A stretch of 64,000 nucleotides of DNA, taken from the NCBI GenBank assembly GCA_964621025.1, contig CAZUKQ010000002.1, positions 35,292 through 99,291 on the forward strand, written 5' to 3'. Shown here in pieces: positions 56,783 through 64,000 of this stretch. The stretch is from Candidatus Woesearchaeota archaeon. GTDB taxonomy: Archaea > Nanobdellota > Nanobdellia > Pacearchaeales > GW2011-AR1. Below the pieces are notes generated by a model. It was not told the origin of the DNA, ran no database searches, and saw only the letters and a list, made by a program, of their open reading frames with translations. A program made the translations under genes and the position numbers. The stretch's first letter is position 1; each line of letters opens with the position of its first letter.

Positions 56783-57352
56783 ATGGCACTTGCAAAATAT
56801 TTGAGAGACTCTTGGAAGAATGTTAGTCCAGAAGTTTATCGAACTAGAATGATTGATTGGAGACGATCTGAAACAATTGTTAGAGTTGATCAACCATTAA
56901 GATTAGACAGAGCAAGAGCTTTAGGTTACAAAGCAAAAGAAGGAGTTTTTATTGTAAGAATCAGACTTGTCCGAGGCGGTCACAAGAGAATGAGACCAAG
57001 AAAAGGTAGAAGATCTGCAAGAATGACTCCGAGAAAAGTTGTTTCTATGAACTACAGAGAAATCGCAGAACAAAGAGTTGCTAGAAAATATACAAACTGT
57101 GAAGTTATTAATTCTTATTTAATTGGTAAAGACGGTTTACACGCTTTCTATGAAGTTATTTTAGTAGACCGAGCTGCACCAACAATAAAGAACGACAAAC
57201 AATTATCTTATGTTACAAACCCTGCAAACAAGGCTAGAGCTTTGAGAGGTTTGACTTCTGCTGGTCACAAGGCAAGAGGATTAAGAAATTCTACAGTTAA
57301 GGCTCCTAAAGTTAGACCTTCATTGAGAGCAAATAGAAGAAGAGGAAACTAA
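56783..57352 (+). CDS. rpl15e: ribosomal protein L15e
   Basis: RLDRARALGYKAKEGVFIVRIRLVRGG, NSYLIGKDGLHAFYEVILVD and RGLTSAGHKARGL match L15e along its length. Confidence 0.9.
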   Translation: MALAKYLRDSWKNVSPEVYRTRMIDWRRSETIVRVDQPLRLDRARALGYKAKEGVFIVRIRLVRGGHKRMRPRKGRRSARMTPRKVVSMNYREIAEQRVARKYTNCEVINSYLIGKDGLHAFYEVILVDRAAPTIKNDKQLSYVTNPANKARALRGLTSAGHKARGLRNSTVKAPKVRPSLRANRRRGN

Positions 57353-57356
57353 ACTC

Positions 57357-57590
57357 ATGAACTGGTTGTTTAGAACTATTTTAAGCGTTTTTGCATTTCT
57401 TTGTGTTATATTATTCGTATTAGTTTTATTAGTAATTTTGATTCCGCTTTTCTTTGTTGGATTAATTTTTTGGATAATACTTCTTATTTTGTTTTTTATT
57501 TTAGGAATATATCTGTCTATTTATTTCTGGAATTTAAAGAGAAAGATGAAGGTTGCTAGACATTCAAGAAGAATAGTAGTTAGAAATTAA
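57357..57590 (+). CDS. small membrane protein
   Basis: 77 aa with two helices. Confidence 0.3.
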   Translation: MNWLFRTILSVFAFLCVILFVLVLLVILIPLFFVGLIFWIILLILFFILGIYLSIYFWNLKRKMKVARHSRRIVVRN

Positions 57591-57904
57591 ATATTAGAAT
57601 CAATCCATTCTTTAACTGCTGATGCTGGTCTTGCGCCTAAGAATTCTGCAGAGATTTCGCCATCCTTGAACATTTTAACAGAGGGAATTGACATGATTCC
57701 GTAAATCATTGCGTTTTCTTGGTTTTCTTCTACGTTCATTTTTACAACGGAAACTTTAGAGGAGTATTCTTTTCCAACTTGTTCCATGATTGGTCCAAGC
57801 ATTAAACAAGGTCCGCACCAAGGTGCCCAGAAGTCTACAACTACTGGTTTCTTGAAGCTTGCTTCAATAACATCTTTCTGAAATGATTCATCTGTAACGT
57901 CCAT
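57587..57904 (-). CDS. trxA: thioredoxin
   Basis: VVVDFWAPWCGPC active site in a 105-aa protein. Confidence 0.85.
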   Translation of the reverse strand: MDVTDESFQKDVIEASFKKPVVVDFWAPWCGPCLMLGPIMEQVGKEYSSKVSVVKMNVEENQENAMIYGIMSIPSVKMFKDGEISAEFLGARPASAVKEWIDSNI

Positions 57905-57950
57905 GTTTATTTTGTGTATTATTTTATTTTTAAATGTTGGTTAACTCGGT

Positions 57951-59288
57951 TTACTCTAATTTACTTCCAACATCAAATATAATTTCTTCGTGGAATGCTG
58001 GTGCGAGGATTTGTAGTCCGACTGCTTTTTTATCGATTTCTCCGACGGGAATTGAGATAGCAGGCAAACTTGCAAGGTTTGCTAATACTGTTAGAACATC
58101 ATAGCCATACATTTCTTCAACTGAAATTTGTTCTCCAACTTTATGAGCTGTTCTTGGAACTGTTGGCATAACTAAGAAATCAACTTCTTCAAATAATTTT
58201 TCAAATTGTTCTTTGATGTATCTTTTTGCCTTCAAAGATTCTCTGTAATATTTTCCTGCGTATTCTGCCTGTGAAATTTCTGAACCGCCAAGAATTCTTC
58301 TCAAAACTTCTGGTCCTGCAGCTTCTTCTATTTTTTTACCAAATCTTCTTCCGTCATATTTTCTCGTCGCTGAAAAGAACTCAACATAAACCATAACGTA
58401 ATAAGTTTGAATCGCAATATCTAGTGGAAGATTTACTTCTTTTATTTCCCAACCATTTTTCTTTGCTAAGTCTTTTGTTTTTTTCTCAATTAAATTTGCG
58501 ATTTCTTGGTTCGCAAATTTTTCTACGTTTACTAAACCAATTTTATATTTTTTCTTTGGTTTTGCATCTTTGAAATCTTGTGTAACCGAATCAAAATTAT
58601 CCTGGCCTTTTATTATATCAAAAATTAATTTTGCATCTTCAACTGAATTTGTAATTGGCCCTATTTGATCTAAGGACATTGACATATCTAAAAGTCCGTA
58701 ACGTGAAACTGCGCCATATGTTGGTTTAATGCCGACCACACCACAATGTGAAGCTGGATTTCTTATACTTCCGCCAGTGTCAGAACCAAGAGCAAAATCA
58801 CATAAACCCGCAGCTACCGCTGCTGCTGAACCAGATGAAGAACCACCGGGAATTAAATTTTTATCTCGCGGATTTTTTGTTGGACCGAAAGCAGAAGTTT
58901 CTCCAGAACCGCCACAAGCAAATTCGTCCATGTTAACCATTCCTAAAATTATTACATCTTCTTGTTTCAATTTTTGAATTACTGTTGCGTCGTATCCAGA
59001 AATGTAGCCTTCCAAAACTTTAGAAGCACAATTTGTTTCTAAATCTTTTACAGAAATATTTGATTTGATTGCACAACATAAACCAGCCAATTTACCGACG
59101 GTCTTTTTCGCTTTTATTTTTTCATCTAGTGCTTCCGCTTGTTTTAGTGCTTCATCGTTTAATACTAAATAAATATTCAATTCTTTGTTCAACTTATCAA
59201 TTTGCTTCGCAAATTGCATTACATTTTCTCTTACAGTCATCTTTCCTGATTTTATGTCTTTGATTTTTTGTGCTAGTGTGGTTTTCAT
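57951..59288 (-). CDS. gatA: Asp/Glu-tRNA amidotransferase subunit A (amidase signature family)
   Basis: Amidase signature GGSSGGSAAAVAAG with the catalytic Ser-cisSer-Lys context. Lies in a gatB-aspS-gatC-gatA string. Confidence 0.8.
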   Translation of the reverse strand: MKTTLAQKIKDIKSGKMTVRENVMQFAKQIDKLNKELNIYLVLNDEALKQAEALDEKIKAKKTVGKLAGLCCAIKSNISVKDLETNCASKVLEGYISGYDATVIQKLKQEDVIILGMVNMDEFACGGSGETSAFGPTKNPRDKNLIPGGSSSGSAAAVAAGLCDFALGSDTGGSIRNPASHCGVVGIKPTYGAVSRYGLLDMSMSLDQIGPITNSVEDAKLIFDIIKGQDNFDSVTQDFKDAKPKKKYKIGLVNVEKFANQEIANLIEKKTKDLAKKNGWEIKEVNLPLDIAIQTYYVMVYVEFFSATRKYDGRRFGKKIEEAAGPEVLRRILGGSEISQAEYAGKYYRESLKAKRYIKEQFEKLFEEVDFLVMPTVPRTAHKVGEQISVEEMYGYDVLTVLANLASLPAISIPVGEIDKKAVGLQILAPAFHEEIIFDVGSKLE

Positions 59289-59557
59289 TTTTTCCAGCCT
59301 CCTTTTTCAGCTAAAATTAAATCATCTTCGACTAGCGGAGCATTGTCAAACATTGTGTCTTTGAAATCTTCGTCAGTTTTCCAGCCAGAGCCTTCGGTTC
59401 TTAATCCAGTTCCTTTAGAAAAATGTCCTTCTTCAGTTTTTATCTTTTCAAGTTTCTTAGAAAAATCATCCAAAAGTTTCTTCGCATTCTTCTTTATTTC
59501 CTCTTTCTCTTTTTCAGAAACCTCGTGCCAGGTAAAACTGTTTGCCATAGAATTCAT
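59285..59557 (-). CDS. gatC: probable amidotransferase subunit C (GatC-like)
   Basis: 90 aa directly upstream of and overlapping gatA. The C-terminal FDNAPLVEDDLIL resembles the GatC ...NAP... tail. Confidence 0.45.
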   Translation of the reverse strand: MNSMANSFTWHEVSEKEKEEIKKNAKKLLDDFSKKLEKIKTEEGHFSKGTGLRTEGSGWKTDEDFKDTMFDNAPLVEDDLILAEKGGWKK

Positions 59558-59582
59558 TAGTTTGAGAGACTTATAAGGTTTT

Positions 59583-60878
59583 TTATGGAGTTAATCTGTC
59601 TCGGTCTCTAGGGAAAAGAACTGCTTCTCTGATGTTTTTCAAACCAAGAACTAACATTGTTAATCTTTCTAAACCAATTCCCCAGCCAGAGTGTGGCGGA
59701 GCTCCGTATCTGAAAGAGTCAATATAATCTTTGAACATTTCAGGGTTTAGTCCTTTAACCTTTAATCTTTCAATTAATAATTCTGGAAGGTGGATTCTTT
59801 GACCGCCGGAAGTGATTTCCATTCCTTTGTAAATAGCGTCGAAACCGTTTGCTAATTTTGCTTTAGGGTCTCCGTCTTTAGGCATGATGTAGAAAGGTTT
59901 TCCTGAAAGTGGCCAGTCGTGAACAAACACAATTGTGTCAGGATATAATTCTCCAAGTTTTTCTTCGGATTCTCCGTTTAAGTCATCTTCACCAACATGA
60001 ACCTTTTCTTTTTTCATAATCTCTTTTACTTCTGCGAAAGTCATGTATTTTACTGCTGGAACTTTTAATTCTACTCCAAGAAGTTTCAATTCTTTGTCAT
60101 TTTTCTCCAATATTTTTTTAACAATATACTGAACTGTTTTTCCCATTATGTCCATTACAACTTTGTCGTCTGCAAAAGCCATTTCAAAATCCATCTGTCT
60201 ACATTCATTCAGATGTCTAACGGTATTATGCTTTTCTGCTCTCCAAACTGTGAAGACGGTGAAAACTTTTTCCATTGAACAAGCCAACATTTGTTTGTAT
60301 AGCTGACAGGATTGTGATAAGAATGCTTCTTTCTCGAAATATTTCATTTTGAAAACGTCTGTTCCACCTTCGGAAGAGGCTCCAATTAAACCAGGGAAGG
60401 CTGCTTCTAATGCGTCTTGTTCGTTTACCATGTATTCTCTGAATGCTGTCATTATTGTGCTTTGTATTTTGAAAATTGCCTGAGCTTTTTCTCTGTGCAA
60501 GTCTAAGAATCTGTTGTCTAATCTGATTGGTAATTCTGTTTTAGAATAGTCTGAAACGTCAATAGGTAATGGGTCTGCAGCTTTTGCAATGACTTCTATT
60601 TTGTCAGGTAAGATTTCTTTTCCGCCAGGTGCTTGTTTGGAATTTTTTACTGTTCCTTCAACAATAATTACTGATTCTCTTGAAATTTTATCCATTAAAG
60701 CGAAAGTATCTTTGTCAGTTTTTCCGTCAACACCAGTAACCTGAACTCTTCCAGTGATGTCTCTTAGTACAATAAATCTTATTTTCTTCAAATCTCTAGC
60801 TTCGTAGACCCAGCCTTTCAACTGAACCTTGTCGCCTTCGTTCAATTCAAATAAGTTTTTGATTTGTGTTCTTTCCAT
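59583..60878 (-). CDS. aspS: aspartyl-tRNA synthetase, archaeal type (probably non-discriminating)
   Basis: Class II motif 3 FRYGAPPHSGWGIGLERLTMLVLGLKNIREAVLFPRDRDRLTP and an N-terminal OB anticodon-binding domain. 431 aa. Confidence 0.9.
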   Translation of the reverse strand: MERTQIKNLFELNEGDKVQLKGWVYEARDLKKIRFIVLRDITGRVQVTGVDGKTDKDTFALMDKISRESVIIVEGTVKNSKQAPGGKEILPDKIEVIAKAADPLPIDVSDYSKTELPIRLDNRFLDLHREKAQAIFKIQSTIMTAFREYMVNEQDALEAAFPGLIGASSEGGTDVFKMKYFEKEAFLSQSCQLYKQMLACSMEKVFTVFTVWRAEKHNTVRHLNECRQMDFEMAFADDKVVMDIMGKTVQYIVKKILEKNDKELKLLGVELKVPAVKYMTFAEVKEIMKKEKVHVGEDDLNGESEEKLGELYPDTIVFVHDWPLSGKPFYIMPKDGDPKAKLANGFDAIYKGMEITSGGQRIHLPELLIERLKVKGLNPEMFKDYIDSFRYGAPPHSGWGIGLERLTMLVLGLKNIREAVLFPRDRDRLTP

Positions 60879-60886
60879 GATTTTGA

Positions 60887-62311
60887 TTATTCTTTTTGCT
60901 TTTTAAGTTCTTCCATTACTTCCTTTCCACTAACTTGACCTTTGAATTTACCCATGACTAGTCCCATATAGGCACCGTCGGTTAAACCCGGTTTTTCTTT
61001 CAATAATCTCTTAACTTCGCCTGCTAAATCTACTTCGGATTTTGCTAAAGATTCTTTCAAAGATTTTCCTTCCGCTATTTTTTGCATTACTGTCTTCACA
61101 TCGTTTTCTGAGATTTTGCTTTCGGCTACTGCTGTCAAAATTCCTTCCAAAGTTTGTGCAGAAAGTCTTTTCTCAAATTCTTCTTCAGATAGTTGTGATT
61201 TCTTTTGTATTTCGTTTTTGAAAATTGTTAAAATCTTTACAATCAGCTGAGGATTATTCAAAACAGTCATTAGCTCTTTGAATTCTTCTAATTTGTTTTC
61301 TTTCAACAAAGCTTTTACAAGTTCTTCATTCAAACCGAATTCTGCTAAATAAGATTTATGTTCAGAAGTTAATTTTGGTAAGGTTGCTTTTGCTTCGTTT
61401 ATCATTTCTCTTGAAATTTTTAATAAAGGATGGTCGGTTTCAGGATACATTCTTGCAGCACCAGGCATAGGTCTCAAAAATGTTGTTGTACCATCAGGAT
61501 TTGTTCTTCTAACTTCTTTTTTAGAAAATTTATTTTTCACACATTCTTGCTGTCTTTCTATTTCTGTGTCAACCGTTTTAATCATTATTTTTGGATCCTG
61601 GAAACCTTTTATTTCAACTCTTTCCGAGCCTTTGATAGAAACGTTTACGTCTTGTCTGATTGTTCCAATTCCTCTTTTAACATTACAAGCTCTCAAAATT
61701 TCTCCGATTTTCAACGCAGCTTCTTTTATTTGGTCAGGAGTTTTCAAATCTGGTTTTGTAGTTATTTCAACTAAAGGAATTCCAAGTCTGTCTAATCTGT
61801 AGGTTGTAGTCTTTTCATCTTCTGATATTTTTCTTGCTGCGTCTTCTTCTAGTGCGATTGTTTCTATTCCAACCTTTCCGTATGAAGTTTCAATAAATCC
61901 GTCGTGGCCTATTAAAACTGTTCTCTGGAAACCAGAAGTGTTAGAACCGTCAATTACAGTCTTTCTCATTACCTGAGTTACTGGGAAAACTTTGCAGTTC
62001 ATAAGTTCGCAAATTTGTAGTGCAACTTTTAAAGATTCAGGGTTTATTGTATGTGGTGGTTCTTCGTCTAATTCAACCAAACAGTTTGTGTCATAGAATT
62101 CATAAACGAATGTTTTGTCTTTTAATTTTTCATAGGCTGCTGCAGAATCTACTTCGCCGGTTTCACCAACTACGGGGTTAAGTTTTCTTTCTACCTTGAA
62201 TTTTGGTTCTTCGTTTACTAGAATAGAAGGACAATTACAGAAGAGTTTGTTTGTGTTCAACTGCTGGTGTATTTCTAGTCCAGACTTTAGGCCAATTTTT
62301 TCATAATCCAT
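60887..62311 (-). CDS. gatB: Asp/Glu-tRNA amidotransferase subunit B
   Basis: N-terminal IGLKSGLEIHQQLNTNKLFCNCPS matches the GatB/GatE signature. C-terminal GatB/YqeY-like helical domain. Confidence 0.85.
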   Translation of the reverse strand: MDYEKIGLKSGLEIHQQLNTNKLFCNCPSILVNEEPKFKVERKLNPVVGETGEVDSAAAYEKLKDKTFVYEFYDTNCLVELDEEPPHTINPESLKVALQICELMNCKVFPVTQVMRKTVIDGSNTSGFQRTVLIGHDGFIETSYGKVGIETIALEEDAARKISEDEKTTTYRLDRLGIPLVEITTKPDLKTPDQIKEAALKIGEILRACNVKRGIGTIRQDVNVSIKGSERVEIKGFQDPKIMIKTVDTEIERQQECVKNKFSKKEVRRTNPDGTTTFLRPMPGAARMYPETDHPLLKISREMINEAKATLPKLTSEHKSYLAEFGLNEELVKALLKENKLEEFKELMTVLNNPQLIVKILTIFKNEIQKKSQLSEEEFEKRLSAQTLEGILTAVAESKISENDVKTVMQKIAEGKSLKESLAKSEVDLAGEVKRLLKEKPGLTDGAYMGLVMGKFKGQVSGKEVMEELKKQKE

Positions 62312-62349
62312 AATATCACAAGTTTTTGATTGTTAATAAATCTTACCAG

Positions 62350-62607
62350 CTAAGCTTTTTTGTAAATTATTCTCTGAATCGTTAGAATTGCCCAAAGAAC
62401 CGCATTTAACAGATTTACAAGAGCAGAAATAACTAAACCTAGGTAAAGAAGACTGATAGTCATTACAAAAGCCCCTATGACTGTGAGAATAGCTGTCCCA
62501 AAGTGAATAAAACCTATTTTGTGTTTAAATCCTTGAATAATCTGGTTGATAATTGAATAACTAAACAAAATATTTGCTAGTGCGATTGCAATGTCTGGCC
62601 AAGTCAT
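62350..62607 (-). CDS. small membrane protein
   Basis: 85 aa with three helices. Confidence 0.3.
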   Translation of the reverse strand: MTWPDIAIALANILFSYSIINQIIQGFKHKIGFIHFGTAILTVIGAFVMTISLLYLGLVISALVNLLNAVLWAILTIQRIIYKKA

Positions 62608-62680
62608 TTCTTTTTAATCAAAAATTAAGTTATAAAGATATAGGTGATAAGCTTAAAAATAGGGCCAAATTAATTTTCAT

Positions 62681-64000
62681 ATGGTGAATGCGAAATTATC
62701 TAAGTTAGAGATTAAAAAAAGAGCGAAGGCGAGAAAGGTGAGTATCGCAGAAGGTTCTGCGTACAGTGTAATGGATGGTTTCGGTTTGAGAAATATAACT
62801 TCCTATGCGGTTGCGTTAAATTCTTCTAACTTTGTGATTGGTATGCTTAATTCAGTTCCTTCTCTGATTGGAAATATTGCACAGATTTTTAGTAATAAAC
62901 TTTTAGAAAAATATCCCCGAAAAAAAATAGTTCAGGTTTCAGTTTTCCTTCAGGCATTAATGTGGTTGTTCTTGATTATTCCAGGTGTTTTATACTTACT
63001 TTCTTTGGAAAAGATCAGCGGAGGACTTTTAGTTTTAGTTTATACTTTGTTGATTAGTTTTGGTGCTACTGGTGGTCCTGCATGGAGTTCTTGGATGAAA
63101 GATTTAATCGACGATAAAAGTGGGACTTATTTTGCTAAGCGAGGTAAAATTATTAGTTTTATTGCTTTAGTTTCAATGTTAGTTGGAGGATTTGTTCTAG
63201 ACTATTTTAAACAGACAAATGTATTTGTAGGTTTCTTTATTCTTTTCTTTTTCTCATTTGTAGCCAGGAGTATTTCTGGATTGACCTTCGCAAAACAATA
63301 TGAACCAAAATTAAAACTTGACAAAGATAAAAAATACTATTTCAGTTTTGCTGATTTTGTAAGAAAAATTACTAAGAATAACTTTGGGAGATTTGTAATT
63401 TTCGTTGCTGGAATAACCTTTGCAACTCAGTTGTCCTCTCCATTCTTCGCAGTTTTTATGTTGAAAGAATTACACTTTAGTTATTCAGTCTTTTTTATGA
63501 TTAGTCTTGCTTCTGTTCTATCAGGTATCTTATCTATGAACTCTTGGGGGAAAGTTGTTGATAGATATGGTGATGTGAAAATTTTGAGAGTATCTGGGGT
63601 TTTTATTTTCTTAATTCCTTTGATGTGGGTTTTACCAATATTTTTACCAACTGGTTTAGTAATTCCTTTTCTTTTCTTTGCAGAATTTTTCTCAGGTTTT
63701 GTCTGGGCAGGTTTCAATTTGGCTGCAGGTAACTTCATTTACACTGTTGTAACCAGAGAAAGAGTTGCATTATGTTCTTCTTATTTCAATATGATTAATG
63801 GTCTTGGAGTTTTCTTAGGTGCAGCACTTGGAGGAGTTTTAGCTTCGTCAAATATTTCACTAATGGGCTCATCTTTAATTGCTTTGTTCATTATTTCTGC
63901 TTTTGCAAGAGCGACATTTTACTTTATGTTTTACAAATCATTTAAAGAAAATAAAAAAGTTGATGGATTCAAATTTAACGAATTCGCGAAAGAAGTATTT
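62681..64000 (+). CDS. MFS transporter (partial, runs off window end)
   Basis: ATG at 62681, open to position 64000 with no stop. Many hydrophobic helices. Not in the track because no stop is reached. Confidence 0.6.
   Translation, partial: MVNAKLSKLEIKKRAKARKVSIAEGSAYSVMDGFGLRNITSYAVALNSSNFVIGMLNSVPSLIGNIAQIFSNKLLEKYPRKKIVQVSVFLQALMWLFLIIPGVLYLLSLEKISGGLLVLVYTLLISFGATGGPAWSSWMKDLIDDKSGTYFAKRGKIISFIALVSMLVGGFVLDYFKQTNVFVGFFILFFFSFVARSISGLTFAKQYEPKLKLDKDKKYYFSFADFVRKITKNNFGRFVIFVAGITFATQLSSPFFAVFMLKELHFSYSVFFMISLASVLSGILSMNSWGKVVDRYGDVKILRVSGVFIFLIPLMWVLPIFLPTGLVIPFLFFAEFFSGFVWAGFNLAAGNFIYTVVTRERVALCSSYFNMINGLGVFLGAALGGVLASSNISLMGSSLIALFIISAFARATFYFMFYKSFKENKKVDGFKFNEFAKEVF

Noticed and set aside
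63481-63738. Track ORF 63481..63738 (-)
   Set aside because: It is antisense inside the partial MFS transporter gene.
1-64000. CRISPR arrays, rRNA genes, insertion sequences
   Set aside because: No regularly spaced direct repeats, no rRNA-like conserved stretches, and no transposase or integrase-like ORFs were seen. The only tandem repeat is the 19-bp doublet at 37851.

Overview
This looks like AT-rich archaeal DNA (roughly 30-33% GC by eye) from a small-genome, DPANN-like archaeon. Support for that: archaea-specific ribosomal proteins (L31e, L39e, S19e, L15e), a thermosome, an intron-containing tRNA, a leaderless tyrS with an archaeal TATA box, and a gatB-aspS-gatC-gatA operon. I count about 85 protein genes (the partial MFS gene at the window end runs to 64000) and 4 tRNAs: Val-TAC, Gly-GCC, Tyr-GTA with a ~77-nt intron, and Ile-GAT. 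Housekeeping content includes M16 peptidase, an iscS-iscU Fe-S operon with a Cys-rich HTH regulator upstream, LemA-HtpX, trxB, tyrS, thermosome, PPK2, a GT2 glycosyltransferase, TrmB, TspO, an IMPDH-family protein, ppsA, purM, thioredoxin and a GatCAB-AspRS operon. The standout region is a six-gene minus-strand cassette (20263..28536) bracketed by tRNA-Val and tRNA-Gly. It encodes large proteins I cannot assign to any family, apart from a Vps4/spastin-like AAA+ ATPase and a 405-aa coiled-coil protein, and its nucleotide and amino-acid composition differ from the neighbourhood. I regard it as a candidate horizontally acquired, undescribed system. A second, smaller compositionally odd cassette (39569..42136) carries a metallophosphoesterase near tRNA-Tyr. 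Other oddities: an IscU fused to a DUF814/NFACT-R domain, two paralogous Zn-ribbon proteins, a receptor-like protein with a degenerate class-III cyclase domain, a 622-aa nucleotidyltransferase, a DisA_N (c-di-AMP synthase) protein, and a perfect 19-bp tandem duplication plus twin hairpins next to tRNA-Tyr. No CRISPR array, rRNA, integrase or transposase was recognisable. All calls come from reading the sequence and translations by eye; no searches were run.
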